Source: Candidatus Aminicenantes bacterium
Lineage (GTDB): Bacteria > Acidobacteriota > Aminicenantia > Aminicenantales > JAFGBC01
Length of the DNA stretch: 64,000 nucleotides
NCBI GenBank assembly: GCA_963702005.1
Contig: OY969696.1
Location: 1,280,001 to 1,344,000, forward strand
Reading direction: 5' to 3'
Below the pieces are notes generated by a model. The model was given only the letters and a program-made list of their open reading frames with translations, searched no databases and had not been told where the DNA came from. Each line of letters begins with the position of its first letter. Position 1 is the first letter of the stretch. Shown here one piece after another: positions 8,697 through 20,000 of this stretch. The translations under genes and the position numbers were made by a program.

Positions 8697-10679
8697 ATGC
8701 CCGCAATCCGAAGTGTCTTGAAAATCGCTCTCCTGATCCTTATTGCGGCCGGCCTGGCTTTTCCGCTCCAGGCCCAGTGGACGCCCGACGAGATGATGAA
8801 GGTCAAGACCGTAGGAGGCGTCCAGGTCTCGCCCGACGGCAAGCGGGTCGTCTACACGGTGACCGAACCCATCATGACCGAGGACAAGAGCGAGTACCTG
8901 ACCCAGATTTGGATGGCCGCCGCCGACGGCACGGAGAGCTTTCCCTTTACGTTCGGGGACAAGTCCTCCACGAACCCCCAGTGGTCGCCCTGCGGTCGCT
9001 GGATTGCGTTTACGTCGGGCCGTTCGGGGAAGACCAACATTTGGCTCATCCGCGCCGACGGAGGCGAGGCCGAGCGGCTGACCGACGTCAAGAGCGGCGT
9101 CGGCGACTTCGCCTGGTCCCCGGACGGAGGCTGGATCGCTTTTACCATGGCCGAACCCTCCAGCGACCAGGAGGAGAAGGACCAAAAGGCTCGGAACGAC
9201 CCCAGGGTTGTCGGCGAAGGCGCCAAGATGAGCCATCTCTGGGTCATCCCCGTGGCCAAGGACGCGGCCGGCAAAAGGGATGCCCGGCGCCTCACCAAGG
9301 GCGAGTTCTCGGTCAATGATTGGGATTGGTCGCCCGACGGAAAGTCGATCGTGTTTTCCCATCAGCCCACGCCGGTTGCGGACGATTGGACCCGGGCGGA
9401 CATCTCGGTCGTGGATGTCGCCTCGGCCGAGATGAAGACCTTTACGGCCGGCGGCGCGGCCGAGTCGGGGCCGCTCTATTCCCCCGACGGACGATGGATC
9501 GCCTTTACTTCAAGCGACATTCCCCCGACCTGGGCTCGCGTCGCGTGGGTCATGGTGGCTCCAGCGGCCGGGGGCGCGCCCCGGAAACTGGCAGCCACCT
9601 TCGACGAGCAGCCCGACCTTGTAGGCTGGTCGGCGGACGGCCGCGGCCTCTATTACACGGAGACAAACGGCACGGTCACTAGTCTGGGATTCCTACCCGT
9701 CGACGGCGGCTCGGCCAAGATCCTCAATCCCGGCGACACCCTCGTGTTCGCCGCCAACTTGAACCAGACCCGGACCGCGTTCGGCCTGAGCGCCCAGGGC
9801 TGGGATAGGCCGGCCGAGGCCTTCCTGATGTCGGCGGACGCTTGGTCCCCTCGTCAAGTCAGCAGGGTCAATGCCGACGCCCCCAAGCATCCCCTGGGAA
9901 AGACCGAGGTCATCCGCTGGAAGTCGAAGGACGGGCTCGAGATCGAAGGACTCCTGACCTATCCGGCCGGCTACGAGAAAGGCCGCCGTTATCCGTTGCT
10001 CCTGAACGTCCACGGCGGGCCGACCGGGGTTTTCGTCCGGAGCTTCATAGCCAACCGGGCGACCTATCCGATCGCTGCCTTCGCGGCCCAGGGTTGGGCC
10101 GTCTTGCGCTGTAACATCCGCGGCTCCTCCGGCTACGGGAAAAAATTCCGCTACGCCAACTATAAGGACTGGGGCGGGATGGACTTCCAAGACTTGATGA
10201 CGGGCGTGGATCGCGTCGTGGCCATGGGGGTGGCCGATCCGGAGCGGCTCGGCGTCATGGGCTGGAGCTACGGCGGATACATGACGTCCTGGATCATCAG
10301 CCAGACCAAAAGATTCAAGGCCGCCTCGATCGGGGCGCCGGTGACGAACCTGATGAGCTTTACCGGCACCTCCGACATCCCCAGCTTCATCCCCGATTAC
10401 TTCGGCGCCGAATTCTGGAACAACCCGGCGGCTTACCGGGCCCATTCGGCCATGTTCAACATCAAGGGCGCGACGACTCCGACCCTAATCCAGCAGGGGG
10501 AAGCGGACGTCCGGGTGCCCATCCAGCAGGGCTACGAGCTCTACAACGCCCTCAAGCGGCAGGGAACGACGGTCCGGATGGTCGTCTATCCGCGCCAGCC
10601 GCACGGCCTCCAGGAGCCTCGGCTCGTCCTCGACGCCGGCCGCCGCAACATCGAGTGGTTCAAGCAGTATCTCAAGTAG
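8697..10679 (+). CDS. S9 family peptidase (dipeptidyl/acylaminoacyl peptidase) with PD40 propeller
   Basis: WSPDG repeats; VHGGP; GWSYGG nucleophile; DVRVP and H of catalytic triad. Confidence 0.93.
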   Translation: MPAIRSVLKIALLILIAAGLAFPLQAQWTPDEMMKVKTVGGVQVSPDGKRVVYTVTEPIMTEDKSEYLTQIWMAAADGTESFPFTFGDKSSTNPQWSPCGRWIAFTSGRSGKTNIWLIRADGGEAERLTDVKSGVGDFAWSPDGGWIAFTMAEPSSDQEEKDQKARNDPRVVGEGAKMSHLWVIPVAKDAAGKRDARRLTKGEFSVNDWDWSPDGKSIVFSHQPTPVADDWTRADISVVDVASAEMKTFTAGGAAESGPLYSPDGRWIAFTSSDIPPTWARVAWVMVAPAAGGAPRKLAATFDEQPDLVGWSADGRGLYYTETNGTVTSLGFLPVDGGSAKILNPGDTLVFAANLNQTRTAFGLSAQGWDRPAEAFLMSADAWSPRQVSRVNADAPKHPLGKTEVIRWKSKDGLEIEGLLTYPAGYEKGRRYPLLLNVHGGPTGVFVRSFIANRATYPIAAFAAQGWAVLRCNIRGSSGYGKKFRYANYKDWGGMDFQDLMTGVDRVVAMGVADPERLGVMGWSYGGYMTSWIISQTKRFKAASIGAPVTNLMSFTGTSDIPSFIPDYFGAEFWNNPAAYRAHSAMFNIKGATTPTLIQQGEADVRVPIQQGYELYNALKRQGTTVRMVVYPRQPHGLQEPRLVLDAGRRNIEWFKQYLK

Positions 10680-12051
10680 CGCTTGAGCCGAAGAACTCCC
10701 GGTGCAGGGCCCGGACGGCGCGGGCCGTGTCCTTCCTGTTCACGATGAAGTAGGTTGCGACTTCGGACGCCCCGCTCGAGATCATCTCGACGTTGATCCC
10801 GGCTTTGGCCACGGCCGTGAAGATCCGGGCCGCGACCCCGCGCCGCTCGACCATCCCCTCGCCAACGACGGCGACCAGGGCCACGTCCTCCTCGAGGTCG
10901 ACCCGGGCGATGACGCCGTTCCGGTCGTTCTTGAGGGCCTGGTAGCTGCGCCGGGCGTCCTTCCGGTCGACCAGCAGGTTGATGCAGGTCTGGGCCGTGA
11001 TGATGGAATAGATGTTGATGTCGAGCGCCGAGAGCTGCCGGCCGATCCGGCCGACGATCCCCGGCTTGTAGCCGACGCCCGGCCCGTGGATCCTGATGAG
11101 GGCGATCCCTTCGTTGGCCGTGACGCTCTTGGCGACGCATGGTCTCGTCTCCGCCCGGCACCGGATCTCCGTTCCCGGATCGTCCGGGTCGAACAGGCCC
11201 TTGATCCGAACATCCACATCCAGCCCGGTCAGAGGCTCGAGCGTCCGGGGATGGAGAATCTTGGCGCCGAAATAGGAGAGCTCGGCGGCCTCGTAGTACG
11301 AGAGCCGGTCGATCTTGCGGGCGTTCTTCTCAGCGCCCGGATCGGCGCTCATGAACCCGCCCACGTCCTTCCAGATCTCGAGCGAGCGCGCCTTGAGGCC
11401 GTAGGCCACGACGGAGGCGCTGTAGTCCGAACCGTTCCGGCCGAAAAGCGAGATCTGGCCTTCGGGGGTGACGCCGAAAAATCCGGTGATGACCGGAACG
11501 GCGCGACCGCGCCGGATCTCCCCGGCCGCCCGTTTGAACTTCGTCTTGAACAGGCCCAGCTTGACCGTCGCGTTCTCCAAATTGTCGTCCGTGACCATTC
11601 CGATCCGGTCGCTGTCGAGCGGCCGAGCGGCGAAGCCTCGCGCACGGACGGCGCCCGCGACGAGCCGGGCCGCCAAACGCTCGCCGTAGCTCAGGACATG
11701 GTTGCGGATGGCCGGGCTGGCCTCGCCCGTGAAGGCGACTCCGTAGAGAAGGCGCTCGACCCGCTTGAGGGCGGCCTCGATCGACCGGACCGTTTCTTGC
11801 CGGAGGGCCTCGTCTCCGATCAAGCGCTCCGCGAACTTGACGTGCCTGGCCCTGAACGACTCGATCCGGTTCGGGATTGTCCGCTCATTGGCCAGGGCCG
11901 CGGCCACGCTTTCGATGAGATGGTCGGTGACGCCCTGGAGGGCGGAGACGACGACCACGGGCATCCGCTTTTCGCCGGCGACGATATCCACAACCCTCTT
12001 CAGCGTTTCCTCGGTCTTGAGGCAGCCTCCTCCAAATTTCATGACCTTCAT
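10672..12051 (-). CDS. lysC: Aspartate kinase with ACT domains
   Basis: MKVMKFGG, VVVSA, GERL, GRNGSDYSA, IWKDV, YYEAAELSYFGAKILHP; two C-terminal ACT domains. Confidence 0.92.
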   Translation of the reverse strand: MKVMKFGGGCLKTEETLKRVVDIVAGEKRMPVVVVSALQGVTDHLIESVAAALANERTIPNRIESFRARHVKFAERLIGDEALRQETVRSIEAALKRVERLLYGVAFTGEASPAIRNHVLSYGERLAARLVAGAVRARGFAARPLDSDRIGMVTDDNLENATVKLGLFKTKFKRAAGEIRRGRAVPVITGFFGVTPEGQISLFGRNGSDYSASVVAYGLKARSLEIWKDVGGFMSADPGAEKNARKIDRLSYYEAAELSYFGAKILHPRTLEPLTGLDVDVRIKGLFDPDDPGTEIRCRAETRPCVAKSVTANEGIALIRIHGPGVGYKPGIVGRIGRQLSALDINIYSIITAQTCINLLVDRKDARRSYQALKNDRNGVIARVDLEEDVALVAVVGEGMVERRGVAARIFTAVAKAGINVEMISSGASEVATYFIVNRKDTARAVRALHREFFGSSAT

Positions 12052-13157
12052 GGTTGAGACTCCTCTTTCTTTCGCGCGCCGACTTGGCGGGGGATAAGAC
12101 CCCGCCGAACGGCGAGTTCGGCGTTCAGGACCGAGGCCCCGGCCGCGCCGCGGACCGTGTTGTGGACCAACGCGAACAAATTTAAAAACCGGCCCGAGCG
12201 CCGGATGCGGCCGACGGTCACGGCCATGCCCCTGGCCCGTTCGGGCGAACCGGCCTCGACGTCGAGGGCGGGTTGGGGACGGTCCTCTTCGCGTCCGACG
12301 ATGACGGGCGCCTCGGGGGCGGTGGGAAGCCGGAGCCTCTGAGGGATGCCCCGAAACGAGGCGAGCGCCTCCCGGGCGTCTTCCGGATCGATCTCGCGAT
12401 CGAGCTCGAGCGCCAGGCTGAGGAGGTGCCCGTCTCGGATGGGGACGCGGGCGCAGCTCGCGTTGACCGCGAACGGCGCGGGTTCAACAGCGTTCCCGGC
12501 CAGGCGGCCTAAAATCTTTTTCGATTCCCGCGCCAGTTTCTCCTCTTCGTTTCCGATGTAGGGGACTACGTTGGCCGCGATGTCGAAGGCCGCCAGCCCC
12601 CGCCGGCCGGCGCCCGAGATGGCCTGGTAGCTCGTCGCGATGACGGTCTTGATCCCGAACGGCTCGAAGGGTTTGAGGGCCAGGACCAGGCCCGAGGTCG
12701 TGCAATTCGAGTTCGCTATGATGAATCCGCCGTGCCGCTCGATTTGGCCTCGGGCGAGCTCGATGTGATCCCCGTTGACCTCGGGAACGAGGATCGGGAC
12801 GTCCTCGTCCATCCGATGGGCGCTCGCGTTGGAGAAAACGGCCAGGCCGCCGTCGCGGAGCTTCGTTTCGACGCCGCGGGCGGTCGCGGCCGGGAGAGCG
12901 TCGAAGGCGATGGCAATTCCGGTTTCAATCAGACTCCGGGCCGAGCTGAGCAGGATTTCCATTCCGGCCGCCGCGCGGGGAACGTTCCCGCCCAAAGTCC
13001 AACTCACGGCGGCGCCGTATATTCGGCCCGCCGAGCGGGCCGAGGCGGTCAGAGCCCCGATCTCGAACCAGGGATGGTCCGCCAGAAGTCTTACGAACCG
13101 CTGGCCGACCAGCCCGGTCGCGCCCAGTACGGCTACCTTGATTTTCGAGCTATCCAT
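12048..13157 (-). CDS. asd: Aspartate-semialdehyde dehydrogenase (archaeal/eukaryote-like type)
   Basis: VAVLGATGLVGQRF, FSNASAHRMDEDVPILVPEVN, NSNCTT catalytic Cys, YQAISGAG, HNTVRGAAG. Confidence 0.94.
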   Translation of the reverse strand: MDSSKIKVAVLGATGLVGQRFVRLLADHPWFEIGALTASARSAGRIYGAAVSWTLGGNVPRAAAGMEILLSSARSLIETGIAIAFDALPAATARGVETKLRDGGLAVFSNASAHRMDEDVPILVPEVNGDHIELARGQIERHGGFIIANSNCTTSGLVLALKPFEPFGIKTVIATSYQAISGAGRRGLAAFDIAANVVPYIGNEEEKLARESKKILGRLAGNAVEPAPFAVNASCARVPIRDGHLLSLALELDREIDPEDAREALASFRGIPQRLRLPTAPEAPVIVGREEDRPQPALDVEAGSPERARGMAVTVGRIRRSGRFLNLFALVHNTVRGAAGASVLNAELAVRRGLIPRQVGARKKEESQP

Positions 13158-13911
13158 GTCGATGTCCTTTCCCGCGGAGGGGATTCTCCCTTCCGCGGTC
13201 GACGGTGCTGATTCGGCCCGGATCGACCGGAACGCGGACGATCTCGGGAACGTCTCCGCAGACGGCCAGAGTGTCTTCGATGATGACGAGCAGGCCTTCG
13301 ATCCCTTCGACCAAGAGCTTGGCCATGGCCTCCTCGATCAGGGCGCGCTCGTTGGCCTTGATGGCGTTCCCGAGCGCCGTCGCGGCAGCGTCGGCCAGAC
13401 AGGGATCCGCCGAGATGACGGTCGCCGCGTCGGCCCGGCCGAAGCTCAGGGAATGGCCGACCGTCCCCGACGATGTGCAGACGCCGACGATGCCGGGGCG
13501 CGGCTCGAAGCGGAGGCCGATGTCCCGGATCGGAGACGGTCCGGCGAATATCCCGACCGTGACCGGACGGTCCGCGGCCATCGCGATATCGCCCCCGTTG
13601 TCGACGACGGCGTGCGTCGCGCCGGCCTCGATCATGGCCCGCAGCCCGAACTCGGCCACGGCCCCCGCCACCGCCGCCATCGGACCCACCCCCATCCGGC
13701 CGGCCGCCCCGGCCATGCGGCGGACGATTTCGGGAGCATCGGCCGGGACTTCGCAGGGCGCCAGCGATTCCCGGAATTCGGGATCCCTGCGGATATAGTC
13801 CTCAAGATATCTTCGCTGGCGGGCGATCTCCCGTTCGGCGGCAGGGATGAAAACCTCCTCCGCGATAACCGTGGCGATTGTTTCCCCGATATGGATCAGG
13901 CGTCTTTTCAT
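13150..13911 (-). CDS. UPF0280 / ApbE-like protein (COG2122, MA1715-type)
   Basis: VGPMAAVAGAVAE, VVDNGGDIA, GVCTSSGTVGHSLSFGRADA, LADAAATALGN. Confidence 0.88.
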   Translation of the reverse strand: MKRRLIHIGETIATVIAEEVFIPAAEREIARQRRYLEDYIRRDPEFRESLAPCEVPADAPEIVRRMAGAAGRMGVGPMAAVAGAVAEFGLRAMIEAGATHAVVDNGGDIAMAADRPVTVGIFAGPSPIRDIGLRFEPRPGIVGVCTSSGTVGHSLSFGRADAATVISADPCLADAAATALGNAIKANERALIEEAMAKLLVEGIEGLLVIIEDTLAVCGDVPEIVRVPVDPGRISTVDRGRENPLRGKGHRHG

Positions 13912-13919
13912 ATGGAGTC

Positions 13920-15348
13920 TCAGCTTTGCCGGAGCCTCTCGGCCCGGTCATCGACGATGTTTCGGACCGGGCCGAGAAAGCGCGTCGGCTTCTTAGAGTT
14001 GGGCGGCCGGATGGCGCCGACCGGGCAGGCATCGGCGCAGAGACGGCAGCCGGCGCATGCGGATGCGTCGGCCCTGATGGCCCAGGCCCGCGTCCTGCGG
14101 AAAACGCCCCGGGGACAGATGGAGAGACATTCTCCGCATTCGATGCAGGTCGCCGCGTCCCAGGCGACGCGCCCCTTCGAAGAAAACGCAGGCGACGGCG
14201 TTCGGCCCGGGCCGCCGGGCTGGGACGGCCGCCGTTCGAGAGGCTTGACCGCCGCCTGCGTAGGAAGGTTTTCGCTGGGCGCCGTCAGAAGAAACTCGCC
14301 TCGCTCGATCCACCTCTTGAGCGCTTCGGCGATGCGCCGGGCCGCGGCGAAGCTCGAGAGGGGAGAGGTCCGGACATCGCGGCCGGCGAGTTCGATCGCG
14401 CCGGACTTGAGCTCGGCGTAGCTGACCGTTCGCAGGGCGGGCCTCGTCCGGGACGGGACGCCGTAGTCGATGACGCTCGTGAAGATATCTCCGTCGCCGA
14501 CGCCGGCCGCCCGGGCGACCCCGGCGTCAAGGACGGGGATGGGGATCCCGACCCCGACATAGAGCGTCGAGCCGTAGCCGGGGAAGGTCGCGGCCCGGAC
14601 GAACTCGGGCGACATTCTCTTGAGATCGCCCTGAACCATGAGGGTCCCGAAGCCGCTCTGGGGGCTGTGTTGGGTGCCCGGGCCGGTTACGAACCCGGGG
14701 GCGCCGCCCAGGAAGATCCGCGTCCCGATCCCGATCGTCCGGTAGCCCGGGTCGTTCGAAAGCGGCGAGAGGGCGCCGGCCCCGGAGAAGGTCACGTTCC
14801 CGAAGCGGGGGAGGAGCTTCCCCATGTAGGTCCGCAGCGTCCGCGGCCCCGAGTTCGTGGCGGCGTTGTAGCGCTGATAGCCGTTGCGGGGGTTGCTCAT
14901 GATGGCCGAGTTCAGGTCGGCGAGCTTTAGCGTGGTCACGATTCTTTTGCGCGGGTAGCAGTCCGTCCCGTAGGCGACGGCCCGGAGGACGACCGGCTTG
15001 CCGCGGAGGAGGTCCTCGATGACGTGGGCTCCGCCGTAGGTGATCCCGCGCGAACGGGAGGGCTGGGTCGCCCCGATGTAGGCGTCCACGGCCGCAACCC
15101 CCGTGTAGGCCTCGACGTCGTTGAGCCAGAACGCGGCCCATCTTGATCGGGGGTTCGGAATGGCCGAAGTTGAGCCAAACGCCCGAGGAGCACATGGCGC
15201 CGAAGGTTCCGGTCGTGACGACGTCAACCTCTTGGGCGGCCCGCTCGGGGCCTTTGGCGCGGACGAGCGACGCCATTTCGTCGGCGCGGATGACGCGGAC
15301 GGTCCCGCGGCTGATCTTTTTATTGATATCGGATAGGGTCTTGGACAC
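13920..15348 (-). pseudogene. DUF39 homocysteine-biosynthesis protein (aspartate-semialdehyde sulfurtransferase, MA1821-like) fused to 2x[4Fe-4S] ferredoxin; single-base frameshift near 15130
   Basis: GTG start after AGGAGG; N-part [30 protein letters not shown] continues in another frame as [46 protein letters not shown]; C-terminal CIECGECLSICP and CAGCRLCADACP. Could be a sequencing indel. Confidence 0.85.
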
Positions 15349-15778
15349 AGGTTTCCTCCTTGTCTGTGAAGTTATTGAACGGGGACGGAAGCCTCAGCGC
15401 TTCCGGATCGGGGGTCCCGAATTTCGGCCCTCGGGCGAGAGCCGCCATTCGGGCTTCACATTATCATAAAGGAGGGAAATACAAAGCGGGACGGAGTCCG
15501 GGATTCCGGGTGGGCCTTGACGGCCGATGTTTGGATTCTGCTTATCGGACTCATTTCGACTGCGGTTTTTAACACAGGACGGATCGTTTGTCAATGTCTT
15601 TGTTTATTTTTTTGGCGACGGCGCCGACGGCCGCGAGAAGGGACGCCGCTTCGGGCCGGGGCGGGAGGGGAATCCGTCCTTCCCAGGCCTCGGCTTCGCG
15701 GAGAGCGGGGCCGAGCCGGGACAGTTCAGAGAACTCGACGAGCCCGGGAGTCCCATGAATTGCCGATGTGGGCGATCC

Positions 15779-16492
15779 TCATGAGCGCTCAAACCGGGAG
15801 GCGATGAAGTCGTAGAGCTCCATGTCCAGGCCGTTCATGTCCTCGATGAGCTTGCGGGTCGCCGGATTCGGGGTGTCCTCGCCGGCCGGCTCGGGCGCCG
15901 TGTTCCGGCGGTTGCAGGCCGGGACCTCCCATCCCCATTTGCGGCGGAGCCGTTCCAGGAAAACCTCGAACCTCTCCGTCGTCCCCGCTTCGAAAAAGTA
16001 CTCGGCCAGATTCGTGCGGGCCTGGTCGAGCATGGAGCGGGGGCAGTGTCCCAACGGAGCTCCCCAGCCAAGGCCGGCCAGGAGGCGCGTCTGGCCGTTA
16101 TCGAGCTCCGGGCTCAACCCGCTCAGCAGGTAGTCTTTGAGGCTCATGTCGCCGTCGATGACGGACCGATGGAGATAGTGGTCCGGCCGCCGCAGGACGA
16201 AGCGATAATGACTGACGATCCGTTCGACGGGGTTCCGAACCACGGTCAAGTAGGCCGGGGGGGGCGCTTCCTGCCAGCGGTGAACCCCGAAGGCGAAATG
16301 GCCTGCGACGCAGCGGAGCTCCCGCTTCGCCTCGGGCGACATCGTCTTCAACCGGTCGATGAGCTCCCGCGTGCTGCGGCCGTAAAAAACGAGAATCGCT
16401 TCGGGCGCGTAGCGGTTCTTGAGGACCTCCTCGACGAAGGTCGTCCCGGCGCATCTGGGGATGTGGAGAAAGAAAACCGTCTTGTCGACCAT
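15779..16492 (-). CDS. Sulfotransferase family 2-like protein
   Basis: FFLHIPRCAGTTF (5'-PSB), GHFAFG, YLTVVRNPVERIVSHY (3'-PB), NGLDMELY. Confidence 0.82.
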   Translation of the reverse strand: MVDKTVFFLHIPRCAGTTFVEEVLKNRYAPEAILVFYGRSTRELIDRLKTMSPEAKRELRCVAGHFAFGVHRWQEAPPPAYLTVVRNPVERIVSHYRFVLRRPDHYLHRSVIDGDMSLKDYLLSGLSPELDNGQTRLLAGLGWGAPLGHCPRSMLDQARTNLAEYFFEAGTTERFEVFLERLRRKWGWEVPACNRRNTAPEPAGEDTPNPATRKLIEDMNGLDMELYDFIASRFERS

Positions 16493-16848
16493 GGCTTCTT
16501 CAAAGGCTCCGGTAAAGCCTTTCATCCTCTCTAACGATGGTCTTCCAGGATAGCTCGAACGCCCGCGTCCTGTTGCGGACATGGATATAGAGGCCGGTGC
16601 AGAGCGGTCTGATCCGCTCATCGGCCGTCGCTGCCGCGGTCGAGAGGCCAGGGATAAACGGGAGAGATCATAAGGATCTTCATCGTGCGATCCGGGATGG
16701 AAGCTATTGTAAATAAAAGCGCCGCCGGATTCAAACGGGCTCGCAGAAACCTTCTTTGAAGGCCGGGTTGATGCTTCCGGCGTTCATTTTTTTGGAATAA
16801 TTCAATTCATTGGATTAATAAATTTGGATATTTAGAAGTCGCAGGAGA

Positions 16849-16861
16849 TAACTTATTGATA
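16849..16861 (-). promoter_or_regulatory. IHF-binding site
   Basis: Minus strand TATCAATAAGTTA matches WATCAANNNNTTR exactly, in an AT-rich tract ~28 bp upstream of the sigma54 element. Confidence 0.6.
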
Positions 16862-16888
16862 AAAAATAGATTAGCGAATATAAAATAC

Positions 16889-16904
16889 TGGCATAATTCT
16901 TGCT
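16889..16904 (+). promoter_or_regulatory. Sigma54 (-24/-12) promoter of the TonB-dependent receptor
   Basis: TGGCATAATTCTTGCT: GG-N10-GC spacing, TGGCA..TTGCT consensus. Confidence 0.75.
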
Positions 16905-17043
16905 AAAAAATATATCATATGAGATATTTTACATTTCAGAGTGGAGGTGAGACTAAGGAGAGAGGCATGAATTTATGGGGATTTAGGCGGAGTCCCCTAA
17001 GGGGATTCCAGAGGAAGAGTCAATATGGAAAAAGGAGAGATCA

Positions 17044-20000
17044 TTGCGTAAGCTCATCATTTTCCTGTGCGTGCTTGCGTTAACGATCCCTGTCCTGGCC
17101 CAGCAGAGAGCCGGCAACATCTACGGCAAGGTTCTGGACCAGGAAGGGAACCCGCTCCCCGGCGCGACCGTGACCCTGACCGGCAGCCTGACGGCGCCGG
17201 TGACGGTGGTCACCTCGGCCGAGGGCAATTTCCGCTTTCTATCTCTGCCTCCGAGCGCGAATTACGCCATCAAGGTCGAGCTCCAGGGATTCAAGGCGCT
17301 GACCCGGCCCGACATCATCGTCAGTATCGGCAAGAACACCGAGATCGGCCTGACCATGGAAGTCGGCGCCCTGGAGGAAGAGATCACCGTCACGGCCACA
17401 TCCCCGGTCGTTGAAACCAAGAAAACGACCATCACTCAGACCGTGACCAGAGAAGTTCTCCAGTCCCTGCCGACGGCCCGCGACCCCTGGGTTATCCTCC
17501 AGCAGGCGGCCGGCGTCCAGGTTGACCGTGAGAACGTCGGCGGCAGCGAGTCCGGCCAGATGTCGGGCTTCATCGCCAAGGGCGGCGGAACGGAGATCTG
17601 GAGCGTCGACGGCGTCAACACCGAAGACCCGTCCTCCATTTCCTCGATCACCTACTACGACTTCGACACCTTCGAGGAGATGAACATTACCCAGGGCGGC
17701 GGCGACGTCACGGTCGCCACGGGCGGCATCCAGGTCAACCTGGTCACCCGCCGCGGCGGCAACAAGCTCAACATCGGCGGCCGCTTCTACCGCACGGACA
17801 AGAAGTTCCAGGCCGACAACCTGACCGACGCCCTCAAGAAGGAAGGCGTCGTCGGCACGAACGTCATCCGGGCCATCAAGGACTACGGCTTCAACATGGG
17901 CGGCCCGCTGATCAAGGACAAAGTCTGGTGGTGGGCGTCCTACGGCGTCCAGGATATCTGGACGAACAACATCTACGGCAACAAGGACGACACCCTTCTC
18001 CAAAACTACGCCGCCAAGGTCAACATCCAGATCCTGCCCCAGAACCGCTTCGAGGCCTTCCTCCAAGTCGGCGGCAAGGAGAAGTTTGGCCGCTCCTCGG
18101 GCTACAACTTCCCCCTCGGCTACCACCAGCAGAGCAAGTATTATTTCGGCACCCCCATCCTCAAGCTGGAGGACGAGCATATGTTCGGGGACAACTTCCT
18201 ACTGTCCGCCAAATACGCGTTCAGCGGCGGCGGCTTCATGTTCCTGCCCATGGCCGACGAGTCCTTCACCCATTGGCTCCAGCACAATGTGACGACCGAT
18301 ATCTTCGAGAACTCCTACTGGAACTACGGCGCTTCCCGCCCGACCCACTCGGCTCGGCTCTTGGGCAACTACTTCAACGACAACCTGTTCGGCCTCAGCC
18401 ATGAGCTCAAGTTCGGCGCCGAGTACCGGAGCAGCACGGGCGCTCACTACAGCACGACCCCCGGCAACACCTACCGGGACATCAACATCAATTACACCAC
18501 GCTCGACATCAACGGCGACGGCGAGCCGGACATGGTGCCCGGCATCAATACCCTCTATGTCTTCCGGGGCTGGCAGGACAACAACCACGTCACCGAGTAC
18601 ACGGGCTACCTCAGCGACACGATCACCAAAGGCCGCTTCAACCTGATCCTCGGCCTCCGCTACAGCTACATGAAGCCCGAGATCATGGCCTTCACGATGA
18701 ACGCGGTCGAAAAGAACAGCCCCGTCTGGCAGAACAACTTCAGCGCGACGGCGGCCGACGCCATCGCTCGGGTCCTCCCTGGGCTTGATGTCCCGGCCCA
18801 GACCGGCAGCTACAAGTGGTCCTTCCTCTCGCCCCGGATCGGCATGACCTACGACTTGTCCGGCGACGGGAAGACCATCGCCAAGTTGTCGGCGGCCCAG
18901 TACGGCGACTGGATGGGCACGGGCGAGGGCAGCTACTACGAGCCCCTCGGACTGGGCGGCTGGATGAACTTCTACTGGATGGACAACAACACGAACGGGA
19001 TCGTCGACGCGACCGAGCTCTACTGGTACACCGCGTCGAGCTACGCCCCCAACCAGGTCTTCAACGACGCCGGGGCCCTCATCGGCGACGTCAGCGGCGC
19101 CAAGGGCCTCATGTGGGGCGACTACGACATCAACAACCCGCAGAGCTTCAGCTCCCCCCGCTACACGATCGACAAGAGCGTCAACTCCCCGCGGGTCCAG
19201 GAAATCCTGTTCTCTCTCGAACGGGAAGTCCTGCCCGACCTGGGTGTCGCCATCGACCTCAGCTACCGCAAGTTCGATCACTTCAACTGGTACGTGGCCT
19301 ACGATCCCGCCACCGGCGACAAGGCCGACAAGGGCGAGTACGTCCAGGTCGGCACGATCCCCAACCAGGTCGGCCCCTATTCCACGGGCGACGCGGCCGG
19401 CAAGCCCTACTACATGCTCAAGGCCGGCGTTGCCTCCAGATTCTACCGGCTATACGAGCGGCAACCCGACTACTACCGCGACTTCCTGGGCGCCGAACTC
19501 CGGGTGACCAAGCGCCTCTCCAACAAGTGGATGCTCGATGCTTCGTTCACCTACCAGGATCAGAAGCAGCACTTCGGCAGCAACGGGTATGCCGACGGCG
19601 CAACCATGACGAACCTCTGGGCCCTCGACGGTCAGGTTTGGGGGCCTAACCTCGGCGCGGCCAGCGGAAAGATCGGCAGCAACGTCTACTCCAAGTGGCT
19701 ATTCAAGGCCTCCGGCCTGTATCAGCTCCCGCTCGACTTCAACATCTCCTTCTCCTTCAATGCCCGCCAAGGACACTTCCTCCTCGAGCAGGCCACCATC
19801 ACCGACTATAGCGCTCCCAACGCCCTGAACCGCAGCGTCCGGGTCTACCTGAGTCCCAACGGCTCCGACCGCCTCCCCACCTTCTACAACCTGAACATGC
19901 GGCTCGAGAAGGTCCTCAAGGCCGGCGACTACGGGAAGATCTACATCATGGCCGACGTCTTCAACGCCCTGAACTCTTCCATCCTGAACAGACGCTACGA

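Noticed and set aside
6718-8721. Long antisense/alternate-frame ORFs (e.g. 6718-8721+, 12775-14421+, 31356-33374-, 40578-42608-, 48605-50536-, 61186-62697-)
   Set aside because: Shadows of well-supported genes in high-GC DNA; no recognisable motifs
15349-15600. Possible SAM riboswitch or T-box ahead of the homocysteine operon
   Set aside because: Only small GC hairpins; I could not find SAM-I core or T-box motifs (an Rfam scan would be decisive)
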